Below are positions 1 to 8,728 of a DNA stretch of 32,000 bases, piece by piece (position 1 is the first letter of the stretch; each line of letters starts with the position of its first letter). Under the pieces are notes generated by a model that searched no databases, was not told where the DNA came from, and worked only from the letters and a program-made list of their open reading frames with translations. This DNA is from Cuniculiplasma divulgatum (GTDB lineage Archaea; Thermoplasmatota; Thermoplasmata; Thermoplasmatales; Thermoplasmataceae), in contig NZ_LT671858.1 in assembly GCF_900083515.1 (NCBI RefSeq), forward strand, positions 1,320,001 through 1,352,000, written 5' to 3'. The translations under genes were made by a program, and so were the position numbers.

Positions 1-1245
1 AATTGATACAGTTACATAAGTACCCGTTCCAGCGTGACTGTGAATAAGTCCTCTCTTGGCATTCTTTACCTGAAGCGCGTCGTCCTTGAAATGCTTCTTT
101 ATGGAATGTTGCAGTTGCCAGAACATGAAAACAGATTGCATTATTCCAGTTGCACCCACTGGATGCCCTGAAGCCAGCAACCCACCAGATGGATTTACAG
201 CAACTTTCCCGTTAATATCTGCTTTTCCTTCTTCCACGAAATGTCCTCCCTCTCCGTATTTGCACAAACCAAGATCTTCGTATGTCTGTATCTCTGAGGA
301 TGTATACGCATCATGTAACTCTACCACATCGATCTCTTCCAGTGGGTCTGTAATGCCTGCATTTTTGTAAGCCTCTATTGCCGCAGACCTTCCTGCTCTA
401 AATGAGTGAACACCTGGATATTTTAGATTTTTATAATCTGATTCTTTCTCATTAGCCAGAAGCGGAACCTTCAACATTGGTCTGTCAGATAGACGCATTG
501 TGTCTGTTCCGGTTCCAATACCCGTAATTTTAACTGGATGGTCAGACATTTCGAATGCTTTTTCTTCCGATGCAAGTATAGCAACAGCCGCTCCATCTGA
601 CATTGTACAGACGTCGAGTCTTGTAAGCGGATATGATACCATCTGAGAATTTCTCACGTCTTCAACTGTGATTTTCATCGGACTTTGTGAATAGGGATTG
701 TGTATTGCATTGCCGTGATTCTTTACAGATACCTTTGCAAGCTGTTCTACTGTTGTCCCGAACTCGTGCATGTGTCTTACGGCCATCATAGCATAATAAC
801 CCGTGTAAAAACCTCCAACCGGATAGTCAAAGTTTGTATCGCTTGCAAGTGCTATGAATTCATTCCCTTTCCATGTATTCACATGAGACATTGTTTCAAA
901 CCCATAAACAGCACATACATCCATTCTTCCTGAGGCAACTTCTTCCACTCCAGTTTGAAACGCCAGTCCACCTGTCGCACCTCCCCCTTCAACTCTTTTA
1001 CTTGGTTTGGGGGTTAGTGCAAGATAATCCTGTGCCATAATTCCTGACATTAATTGTCTCTGAAAATGATCAGAGAAGTATGAAGCTACAGAGCCGTCAA
1101 TATCTTTCACGCTGATTCCAATGTCATTCAGGGCATAATCAAAGGCCTTCTTTGTTCTCAATCTAAAATCCATTGCAGGGTTAGACTTAGTAAACTTTGT
1201 CACCCCTCCTGAAACCATATATACATCTCTTCCGCCATTTTTCAT
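1..1245 (-). CDS. Thiolase-fold protein (archaeal / SCP-x-type acetyl-CoA acetyltransferase-like). The C-terminus runs off the left edge and the nucleophile-Cys position is Gly.
   Basis: Absent from the ORF track because there is no stop inside the window. My own minus-strand translation from the ATG (complement of 1243-1245) stays open and in frame to nt 1 (415 codons). It reads MKNGGRDVYMVSGGVTKFTKS...SKRVEGGGATGGLAFQTGVEEVASGRMDVCAVYGFETMS...RLDVCTMSDGAAVAILASEE...VELHDAYTSSEIQTYEDLGLC...VNPSGGLLASGHPVGATG...LIHSHAGTGTYVTVSI. These blocks match the thiolase signatures GFE(K/T)MS, SDGAAA and GHPxGATG. Confidence 0.8.
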   Translation of the reverse strand, partial: MKNGGRDVYMVSGGVTKFTKSNPAMDFRLRTKKAFDYALNDIGISVKDIDGSVASYFSDHFQRQLMSGIMAQDYLALTPKPSKRVEGGGATGGLAFQTGVEEVASGRMDVCAVYGFETMSHVNTWKGNEFIALASDTNFDYPVGGFYTGYYAMMAVRHMHEFGTTVEQLAKVSVKNHGNAIHNPYSQSPMKITVEDVRNSQMVSYPLTRLDVCTMSDGAAVAILASEEKAFEMSDHPVKITGIGTGTDTMRLSDRPMLKVPLLANEKESDYKNLKYPGVHSFRAGRSAAIEAYKNAGITDPLEEIDVVELHDAYTSSEIQTYEDLGLCKYGEGGHFVEEGKADINGKVAVNPSGGLLASGHPVGATGIMQSVFMFWQLQHSIKKHFKDDALQVKNAKRGLIHSHAGTGTYVTVSI

Positions 1246-1412
1246 AATTTCACTGTTCTTTTATGATATCTTTATATTAAAAAGTTAGTTTGATTTAATT
1301 AGCTTCCAAAACTCATTAATTATATATAAAATGCATTATATTTATATAAATTGAGACAATATTCTACATAGAAAAAGATTAAGTTTTGAACCAGATATGG
1401 CTTTGAGTCAAA

Positions 1413-2852
1413 ATGCAAAGCTCAAAAAAAGGTAGCTCCGTTAAGTGGATTGCCGCAATTGTGGTGATTATAGTAATTGTTGCAGGATTGGGTATTTTAT
1501 TTTTTGATAAGCCCGCAAAAAAGCAAACGATTAATGTTATGGTAGATAGTGGAAGTATGACAGAATCATATTTGAAAGCTGTGGCTCAACAGTTTGAGAA
1601 GAAAAATCCAAACGTGAATGTACAGATTAACTCCGTTGGATATTCAGATATGACAACAACTGCACTTGCCGCTCTTCAGGGAAAAACATCGCCTCCAAAT
1701 ATATTTATGTACTATGCCTCCCAGGCCCCAGCCCTGGCTCCGTATCTCTATAATCTAAACAGTTCACTTGGGCAGAAATATCTGAACTCTGCAAATTTCC
1801 TATCAGGTGATTTGGCATCAGGTTCTTATGCACCCAATGCAACTGGAAATGGTTATAACTTTATAGGAATACCAATTCATACTGTTGTTGGTTATATACT
1901 CGTGTATAACAAGACAGTTTTCAATAACGCAACACTTGAAAAGGGATTCTATGATCAGTATCACTATAATATTACACCTTCTAAACTGGGCAACTGGACA
2001 GCATTGAATGCCGTATCAAGCTATGTTTCCACACACACTAAATTCAATGGAGCCAACAATAAATATGCCCTCATGTTTCCTGATAGTGCATCACACTCAA
2101 TAATAGATACTTTCTACAACCTGTTTTACCCCTATGGTCAGGGACAGAGCACAACAGGAATACCAGCAAATAGCTCACCTAACTACTGGACATATTTCGG
2201 ATTTCAAAATGGAAAAGTAGTGCCTTCATTTAACAACAGTTACGGTATACAGGCCCTAACAATGTACAAGAATTTAACTAGTTACGAACCAAGTGTAAGC
2301 TCACAACCCATAGGTTATGACCAGCAGGAACTCTTCTTTGGAACCGGCGATTATGCTATGGGTCTGGCATGGTCAAGCTTTATACCTACATATGAGAACT
2401 CGTCTTCACTGGTTAAAAATGATCTTGGAATATCTCTGCTTCCAGGCGGCTACACAGGATATTCTCCAACATTCCTTGGGGTAAATCCTTACAGCAGTAA
2501 CATTACACTGGACCTTAAATTCCTTCAGTTTGCATCATCATCTTCCGAGTTTTCAATGGGAATTAAGAACTACTCCTACGTTCCTTCTACATATTCTGGT
2601 CTCTCTTCAGCATCAAAATTGTCTAATTTCACCTGGCTTTCACAAATCAATAACTATTCAAGCACAATTAAGGTAGATAAAACATATTCTCAGGTATTTC
2701 TAAAAGCCTCCCCACTGTTTTCAACTCTGATTCCAGATTTCAACGACCAGGTTCTTAAATATCTGGAAGGGAAGACAACTGCAAAGCTAGCTTTAAGTAC
2801 AGCTGCCTCAGAATGGGTAAAGGAATTAAACAATCAAGGAATTACCCTGTAA
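1413..2852 (+). CDS. ABC transporter extracellular solute-binding protein (sugar/family-1-like), membrane-anchored
   Basis: 479-aa ORF and first gene of an SBP-permease-ATPase operon. The next ATG lies 2 nt after its TAA. The N-terminus has a basic stretch followed by a hydrophobic anchor (KWIAAIVVIIVIVAGLGILFF). The body is rich in aromatic, Asn, Ser and Thr residues, with about 14 N-x-S/T sequons by my count. Confidence 0.75.
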   Translation: MQSSKKGSSVKWIAAIVVIIVIVAGLGILFFDKPAKKQTINVMVDSGSMTESYLKAVAQQFEKKNPNVNVQINSVGYSDMTTTALAALQGKTSPPNIFMYYASQAPALAPYLYNLNSSLGQKYLNSANFLSGDLASGSYAPNATGNGYNFIGIPIHTVVGYILVYNKTVFNNATLEKGFYDQYHYNITPSKLGNWTALNAVSSYVSTHTKFNGANNKYALMFPDSASHSIIDTFYNLFYPYGQGQSTTGIPANSSPNYWTYFGFQNGKVVPSFNNSYGIQALTMYKNLTSYEPSVSSQPIGYDQQELFFGTGDYAMGLAWSSFIPTYENSSSLVKNDLGISLLPGGYTGYSPTFLGVNPYSSNITLDLKFLQFASSSSEFSMGIKNYSYVPSTYSGLSSASKLSNFTWLSQINNYSSTIKVDKTYSQVFLKASPLFSTLIPDFNDQVLKYLEGKTTAKLALSTAASEWVKELNNQGITL

Positions 2853-2853
2853 C

Positions 2854-4566
2854 ATGTCAAAGTCTTCGATTAGAAAGCAGGCAATAATTGTTACTTTGCC
2901 TGCTCTCATCTACTTTTTTATTTTTGTCCTGTATCCAATTTTCGACAACGTAATAATTTCTTTTGAATCTTTTAATTTTGCGGAGGTAGCAACTTTTGTT
3001 GGAATTAAGAATTATATTATACTGGTTGAAACCCCTCACTTGGACCAGCTCGTGGACAATACGATCATTTACACCCTAGCAGTTCCCGTTATAGATGTTT
3101 TACTTGCTATTCCTCTTGCTACCCTTATAAAAAGACTGAATAAACCCTATTTAATCCCGCTTATCCTGCTTCCTTCATTCATTCCACAGGTGACATCAGC
3201 AAACATTTGGCTCCTGATGATGAATCCATCCTATGGTATTCCGTATTATATAGGTCATCAAAATATATTCCTTTCAGCCTGGAGTGTTGTTCTAGTTGAT
3301 GTTTGGTCCAGTCTTCCCCTGGCAACGCTCATAATTTATTCAGGTCTAAAGTCTGTACCGCCTTCCATAGAAGAAGCAACCTCAATGGATGGAATAAGGG
3401 GTACCAGAAAGCTGATAAACATAGAACTTCCGTATATAAAATCAAACATACTTTCTGCTTTTGTTCTGATGTTAATGTATGGTTCATTCACTTTTGATCC
3501 AATTTACGTTCTCAATTCATATTCAAGCCCTTTTGGTATTAATGATCTATCATACTTTGCTTATCAAAATTATTATGGGCAGGATATAGGACTCGCTGCT
3601 GTTATAATAATAATTGTTTCTGTTCTTTCCTCATTGTTTACGGTTGTGTTTGTTTATTTCACTCTGAGAAAGACAAAGGTAAGAACTTCAAGAATGTGGA
3701 AGTCAGGCATGAAATATCTGCCCAATAAAGAAATTCCAAAAGTCCTGGTTTATGTCGGGATGGCACTTTTTATAATATTCCTTATAGGGCCAGTAGTATT
3801 CCTAGGACTTGATTCCATAAAGCCTTTATCTGAAATAATAAGAATACCACCCATGTTTTATCCGAAGCATCTCACCCTATCCAATTATAAAGTTGCCATA
3901 AACACCGGTATACCATATTTTACTTCTAGTATTATTGCCTCTCTTGTCGCTTCAGCAATAGTTGTGTTGATAGGTCTTCCTGCAGCCTACGTTGCTGCAA
4001 GGTATAAACTTGGCGGACTTAAATTCATAGGCTTTGTACTTTTTATTTATTCCCTCCCAACAATCATTTTCCTTATACCTATGCATAATATTATAGCATC
4101 ACTGGGACAGTTAAATGAGATAAGTGGATTGATTATTTCATACCCCGTATTCATATTGCCTCTTTCAATATGGATGATGTATAACTTTTATCAAAATTTC
4201 CCCAAACATGTTGAGGAGGCAGCAAATATGGATGGAATGAATCTCTTTAGAACCCTAAGAAAGATCATTGTACCCTTAAGCTATGACGGTATGTTTGTGA
4301 CATTCCTCTATGCTTTCATACTTGCCTGGGGTGCCCTTATATTCCCTCTTGCACTTACATACTCACCATTTAATCTTAGTATATATTATCCAAATGGGGC
4401 TCAAACTATTACGATACTTATAGGAGGGGCAATAGGTCACGAAGCAGTTGGTTATGGAATGCTCGCAGCTTCAAGTATCCTGAGCATTATTCCATCAATT
4501 ATACTGGTTATAATTGTTAGGAACAGAGTGGATAAATTGTGGAGAACCGGAGGTAATGTTAATTGA
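2854..4566 (+). CDS. Fused ABC transporter permease (two MalF/MalG-type transmembrane domains in one polypeptide)
   Basis: 570-aa highly hydrophobic ORF with two separate EAA-loop motifs. These are EEATSMDGIRGTRKLINIELPYIK (aa 173-, nt 3370-) and EEAANMDGMNLFRTLRKIIVPL (aa 454-, nt 4213-). A basic linker TLRKTKVRTSRMWKSGMKYLPNKE (about aa 270-293) separates them. Confidence 0.85.
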   Translation: MSKSSIRKQAIIVTLPALIYFFIFVLYPIFDNVIISFESFNFAEVATFVGIKNYIILVETPHLDQLVDNTIIYTLAVPVIDVLLAIPLATLIKRLNKPYLIPLILLPSFIPQVTSANIWLLMMNPSYGIPYYIGHQNIFLSAWSVVLVDVWSSLPLATLIIYSGLKSVPPSIEEATSMDGIRGTRKLINIELPYIKSNILSAFVLMLMYGSFTFDPIYVLNSYSSPFGINDLSYFAYQNYYGQDIGLAAVIIIIVSVLSSLFTVVFVYFTLRKTKVRTSRMWKSGMKYLPNKEIPKVLVYVGMALFIIFLIGPVVFLGLDSIKPLSEIIRIPPMFYPKHLTLSNYKVAINTGIPYFTSSIIASLVASAIVVLIGLPAAYVAARYKLGGLKFIGFVLFIYSLPTIIFLIPMHNIIASLGQLNEISGLIISYPVFILPLSIWMMYNFYQNFPKHVEEAANMDGMNLFRTLRKIIVPLSYDGMFVTFLYAFILAWGALIFPLALTYSPFNLSIYYPNGAQTITILIGGAIGHEAVGYGMLAASSILSIIPSIILVIIVRNRVDKLWRTGGNVN

Positions 4567-5567
4567 GTGAAATAAAGATTGAAAATTTAAAAAAGACATT
4601 TGGAAATTTTACTGCCCTTGACGTTCCAGAGCTTACATTTAATGAGAAGAGCTATCTTACCATCCTCGGTCCTTCTGGATCTGGAAAGACGACACTTCTT
4701 CGAATAATTGCTGGTCTGGAAACCGCTGATACAGGAACAATGATCGTAGAAGGAAAGGACATACTGAACAGTCCACCATGGAAGAGAAGTATAGGTCTTG
4801 TATTCCAGAATTATGCTCTCTATCCTCATCTGAGCGTTTATCAGAATATAGCAACCCCTCTCATCCAGCTAAAAATGAATCAGGGAGAAATAGATAGAAA
4901 GATTAGCGAGATATCCAATATCATGGGGCTCGATGATAAGCTCTCTAAGTTACCAAGAGAACTTAGCGGAGGTCAGCAACAGAGAGTAGCCCTTGCGAGA
5001 GCAGTTATAAAAAGACCAAATATTCTTCTTCTGGATGAACCACTTTCAAATCTGGATGCAAAGGTAAGGGTTGATCTAAGAGATTATTTAAAGAGAATCC
5101 AGAGGGAATTTGAACTAACGGCAATACATGTAACGCATGATCAGGTAGAGGGGATGGCCCTTGGAGACAGCATGGTTATAATACATAAAGGCAAGATTGA
5201 GCAGACAGGCAATCCCGAAGAACTTTACAGACACCCAAAAACTAGATTTGTATCTGGTTTTGTTGGAGAGATCAATATTATTGATGGGAAGACTGCGACC
5301 ATGCTTACAGGAATGAACATCGACACGGACACGGGAATAAGATATGAGGATATAGTGCCTGATCTGGCAGGTCCGTTCACAGGTAAGGTCGTTGAAAACC
5401 AGTTCATGGGATCGAGAAGAATGATAACCTTCCTTTATAACGACGTGCGAATGAGATGTTTTACGGAACGGGATCATCTCAGCAAGCTTCAGGGTGAAAT
5501 CAAATTCAGGGTTGCCAGTGAGCACCTGATTATCTTTAAGGATCTTGAAGAGGAAGAAGAAAATTAA
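4563..5567 (+). CDS. ABC transporter ATP-binding protein (MalK/UgpC-like, with C-terminal regulatory/TOBE-like domain)
   Basis: Walker A GPSGSGKTT, signature LSGGQQQRV, Walker B ILLLDEP and H-loop HVTHD are all present. A TTG start at 4563 overlaps the permease TGA (aaTTGAgt), which suggests translational coupling. Confidence 0.9.
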   Translation: MSEIKIENLKKTFGNFTALDVPELTFNEKSYLTILGPSGSGKTTLLRIIAGLETADTGTMIVEGKDILNSPPWKRSIGLVFQNYALYPHLSVYQNIATPLIQLKMNQGEIDRKISEISNIMGLDDKLSKLPRELSGGQQQRVALARAVIKRPNILLLDEPLSNLDAKVRVDLRDYLKRIQREFELTAIHVTHDQVEGMALGDSMVIIHKGKIEQTGNPEELYRHPKTRFVSGFVGEINIIDGKTATMLTGMNIDTDTGIRYEDIVPDLAGPFTGKVVENQFMGSRRMITFLYNDVRMRCFTERDHLSKLQGEIKFRVASEHLIIFKDLEEEEEN

Positions 5568-6226
5568 TTTTTTACAAAATTTTCTATGAATGGTATAGCA
5601 TCTTCCAATTGTTTGACAGTGAGATCAGCTTTTGAATCTCGCTGGTAATTCTGGATAAACACAGTTTTGAATCCCATTTCCATTGATGGTATGATATCAT
5701 TTTTGTAATTATCTCCTATGCTCAATATGTCTTCTGATCTTATGTTTTCTGTAGTTAACAAATCATTCATAACATTTTTGAATGAATCTGGTTTTTTAGC
5801 AGAGCAAACTATTCGGTAAAAAAGATTCTTTATCCCAAAGTTTTCAAGTAATGGAATTACGTATTTCTCTGGAGTGTTTGTAAGTAATATGTGCCTTATT
5901 TCTTGCTTTTTTAGTATCTTTACTGCTGTACTCTGCAGGTTAATTTTAATCTTACCTTCATTCATTTTTTCTCTGGTTCTGGCAAAACACATGTCCATCT
6001 CTTCCCTGGATACAGAACCATTGGCTAGATTTGCAATAATGGCCCAGCCATCATCGCCTACTTTATTTTCTTTATCCTTGATTACCTGCATTGATTTATT
6101 TGCAAAGGAATCACTGTTCTTCATTACGCTTTCAATACATTTTGCATATTCCCTGTAGGAGTCTTCAGAGTGATATATAGTTCCATCGAAGTCCCATAGT
6201 ATTACTTTAATTGGTTTTTTAAACAT
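5564..6226 (-). CDS. HAD-superfamily hydrolase/phosphatase
   Basis: 220 aa. HAD motif I is ILWDFDGTIY, motif II is LLTNT and motif IV is SIGDNYKNDI. The start overlaps the stop of the upstream thioesterase gene by 8 nt, consistent with an operon. Confidence 0.7.
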   Translation of the reverse strand: MFKKPIKVILWDFDGTIYHSEDSYREYAKCIESVMKNSDSFANKSMQVIKDKENKVGDDGWAIIANLANGSVSREEMDMCFARTREKMNEGKIKINLQSTAVKILKKQEIRHILLTNTPEKYVIPLLENFGIKNLFYRIVCSAKKPDSFKNVMNDLLTTENIRSEDILSIGDNYKNDIIPSMEMGFKTVFIQNYQRDSKADLTVKQLEDAIPFIENFVKN

Positions 6227-6629
6227 AATTTATCATCAACTTTTCAAGCTTTTCTCTCAGTTCCGTCTGTATCTCCTTTTTTCGTAAACTACTGTCGACC
6301 CATACGACAACGGTCTTTCCCTCTGAAAATATTTTTTTATAGTCTTCAGATATAATTTTATGGCTAAATACACAGCTAGTTCTGCCGAGACCTGATATCC
6401 ATGTGAGTACAACAGGTTCATCTTCAAAATGAATGGGTGCTTTAAAATCTATCTCAGCATGATTCACTACGAAACTAACATCCCGTGAAATAAATCCTCC
6501 CAAATACTCTCTGAAGAAGTTTGTTCGTCCCAGTTCATAGTATGTTAAAAACACTGCATTGTTCACGTGCCCAAGTGCGTCCAAATCGCCGTATCTCATC
6601 TGTATTTTGGTGGATTGAATATTCTCCAT
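6219..6629 (-). CDS. Acyl-CoA thioesterase, hot-dog fold (YbgC/4HBT-like)
   Basis: 136 aa. The N-terminal MRYGDLDALGHVNNAVFLTYYELGR matches the D-x-x-GHV-x-N signature of 4HBT/YbgC-type thioesterases. Confidence 0.7.
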   Translation of the reverse strand: MENIQSTKIQMRYGDLDALGHVNNAVFLTYYELGRTNFFREYLGGFISRDVSFVVNHAEIDFKAPIHFEDEPVVLTWISGLGRTSCVFSHKIISEDYKKIFSEGKTVVVWVDSSLRKKEIQTELREKLEKLMINYV

Positions 6630-6849
6630 GACCCTGAATTTTCTTAAGCAATATAAGGTAAATGATAGGATTTATCTTGCAAAAGTGTATCTTACTATAT
6701 TTGTTACAGATGGTATTCCTTAAATACCTAACATTTTACTAATAAACATTTTATACAGTCATGTAATCAATTAATAAAATAGATGGAATTTATAAATATT
6801 AAGAAATGGTCTCAGAGAGAAATTCGTAGTATGATGCTAAATTAATGTA

Positions 6850-7323
6850 ATGGTGAAAAAGATGGATCGTGAAAATAATCAGGTTGATGATTATACAAGA
6901 ATTTGGAGAAGCCTTGGAACTATATACAAGCTTATGTACAACGGAATGGAAAAGAAATTTGATGAAGTTGGGAGTAATGTTCTCGAATATAGAATATTAA
7001 GAATTCTTGCCGAATCTGGGAAGAAAACCATGGCTAATCTCGCGGACCTGAACTTTGTAACACAGGCCTGGATAACAGGAATGACTGACAAGATGGAAGA
7101 GAAGGGATATGTAAAAAGGGTTAGATCTTCAGATGATAGAAGGGTTATATATGTTGAACTAACTGAAAAGGGGAAGGAATTCATTGAGAAAATGAGAAAA
7201 GTACACGATGAATTTTTAAAGAGCTTCCTTTCATTTATACCTCCCGACGATACCTCAAAAATGGCAGATATTGTGGAGAACTTTTCCGAGGAACTGGAAA
7301 AAAGAGTTGTTACCTCTTTATAA
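6850..7323 (+). CDS. MarR-family winged-helix transcriptional regulator
   Basis: 157 aa. It shows EYRILRILAESGKKTMANLADLNFVTQAWITGMTDKMEEKGYVKRVRSSDDRRVIYVELTEKG, the typical MarR HTH plus wing (DxR...v.lT..G). Confidence 0.75.
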   Translation: MVKKMDRENNQVDDYTRIWRSLGTIYKLMYNGMEKKFDEVGSNVLEYRILRILAESGKKTMANLADLNFVTQAWITGMTDKMEEKGYVKRVRSSDDRRVIYVELTEKGKEFIEKMRKVHDEFLKSFLSFIPPDDTSKMADIVENFSEELEKRVVTSL

Positions 7324-7544
7324 GAAATTTTATATATCCAAGGAGAAGGAGAATTACAACGAAAATATTGATGGTGAATTTCTTCTTACTTTTCTTCTCT
7401 GGGCTTCCTGCAAAGGATTCCAGGCCACAACCAATCACCGGCATATTATTGTGATCGAATCATAGTTTAATAAAGAAAAGCCTTAAATGTTAGGTTGTAA
7501 CACAAATCAAAAGTAATAAATCTCAATTTACAATAGCCAGTTAA

Positions 7545-7619
7545 GCTCCAGTAGTGTAGCCAGGCCAAGCATTAGAGGCTCTCAATCTCTCGACTCGGGT
7601 TCAAATCCCGACTGGAGCA
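7545..7619 (+). tRNA. tRNA-Glu (anticodon CUC)
   Basis: I folded a 75-nt cloverleaf by hand. The acceptor stem is GCTCCAG/CTGGAGC with discriminator A. The D arm is GTGT...GCAT. The anticodon stem is AGAGG/TCTCT with loop C-T-CTC-A-A. The T arm is TCGGG-TTCAAAT-CCCGA. The 5' half GCUCCxGUxGUGUAGxCxGGCCAAxCAU is the usual archaeal tRNA-Glu pattern. CCA is not encoded, and a T5 run follows at about 7640. Confidence 0.9.
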
Positions 7620-7675
7620 TATTTGAATGATTATGAATTTTTAAGGTAAGTTATCTGAAACGAATTTCTACTATC

Positions 7676-8728
7676 TCAAATTTTTTCCAGTTCCTTCAAA
7701 TCAGATTGTTTATAAATTTCACCAAGTTCCATTGCTGATGTCATAATATTTTTATGAGTTGATCTCTTTGGAAGGTCCCAGTGCTTCTTTAAGCCTGCCA
7801 TGAATAGTGACGAAATGTTTTTGTCAACGATGTAAAAATTTGTAAGGATACTTTCCTTTATCTCAGCTTCATAAAAAAGGGTTCCATAGTATTTACTAAC
7901 TATCTCATTATTAAAGTCAGAAAAAAAGTTTGTTTTAACATCTATTTCAAACACTCCTGATGGTATACTTACATCTACCATATTTGACCTAACAGTACTT
8001 TCAACGTTATCTAATTTGAAAATTAGTTTATCATGGGAACCGTTTGTGAAATAGTTTGGAATGAATTTTCCCTCATTTTGGAAAACGCCACTATTCTCAT
8101 TCTGAATGTTCTGTAAAGTCATATGCCATTCAGTTTTTATTAAGAATAGATCATTAATATTACCTCCAAATTCAAGAAAAAGTTTTATTATATACGGCAT
8201 CTTTGGACTCTGCCTTCCAAAATAAATTATATCAACCTCCTGAACGTGAGTGTCAACGAATTCCAGAAGAATTTTTGACACATTTTCCCTAGAATCATCA
8301 ATAAACTCAAGCTGAATATATGCATCCTGAGAATGGGAGAGTATACATGGATTAACCCTTGACCATTTCGTTTCATTCAGTTTGTTCAAGAGTGAAAATA
8401 GCTCGTCTTCAACTTTTATCTGTAAGAACATATCGCTTACGATCTTCATCCTTGTTCCTTCAAATTCAGAATCTTTTTCAAGATTAACCCTGTCAAGATC
8501 TGATAACTTTCTTTCCAGGTTTCTGTAGAAATAGAGTTCTTTATTTTCCCGGCTAAGAAAAAAGAAGGAGTTTTCTAACATCATTTTTCTGTTAAATAGA
8601 CGCAATTCGCGTGGGAATCTTTGCCTAATTCTTATTATAGCACACATATCAAGGACTTCAGAACTCCACATGTAAGGGGCATTTGTCGTGAGGTATAAAA
8701 ATTTATCATATTTTATATAGAATGGCAT
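7676..8728 (-). CDS. Hypothetical protein, no family recognised (orphan, AT-rich gene)
   Basis: 350-aa uninterrupted ORF with no competing ORF on any other frame. A TATA-like tataaattttt lies about 45 nt upstream of the ATG. I recognise no catalytic or binding motif. It is rich in Asn, Lys, Phe, Ile and Glu. Confidence 0.55.
   Translation of the reverse strand: MPFYIKYDKFLYLTTNAPYMWSSEVLDMCAIIRIRQRFPRELRLFNRKMMLENSFFFLSRENKELYFYRNLERKLSDLDRVNLEKDSEFEGTRMKIVSDMFLQIKVEDELFSLLNKLNETKWSRVNPCILSHSQDAYIQLEFIDDSRENVSKILLEFVDTHVQEVDIIYFGRQSPKMPYIIKLFLEFGGNINDLFLIKTEWHMTLQNIQNENSGVFQNEGKFIPNYFTNGSHDKLIFKLDNVESTVRSNMVDVSIPSGVFEIDVKTNFFSDFNNEIVSKYYGTLFYEAEIKESILTNFYIVDKNISSLFMAGLKKHWDLPKRSTHKNIMTSAMELGEIYKQSDLKELEKI

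Noticed and set aside
86-933. Plus-strand ORFs 86-370 and 700-933 from the track
   Set aside because: Both lie antisense to a continuous, motif-rich thiolase-fold reading frame on the minus strand. Their products are Cys/Ser-rich with no recognisable features, so they are shadow ORFs.
1321-1348. Imperfect 26-bp A/T palindrome centred on ATGCAT in the thiolase / ABC divergent region
   Set aside because: Apart from the central GC, it consists only of A and T and has two mismatches. Overlapping TATA-like sequences in an AT-rich promoter region explain it adequately.
2857-5525. Short ORFs inside or antisense to the ABC permease and ATPase genes (2857-3039, 3303-3497, 4587-4829, 4657-4854, 5115-5525, 5225-5407)
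   Set aside because: All are nested in genes with clear ABC motifs, and none has motifs or an independent start context.
7271-7465. 64-aa plus-strand ORF overlapping the MarR 3' end
   Set aside because: It overlaps MarR out of frame, has no upstream signal and gives a low-complexity translation, so it is probably non-coding. I also checked this gap (7324-7544) for C/D-box sRNA patterns and found no C/D box pairing.
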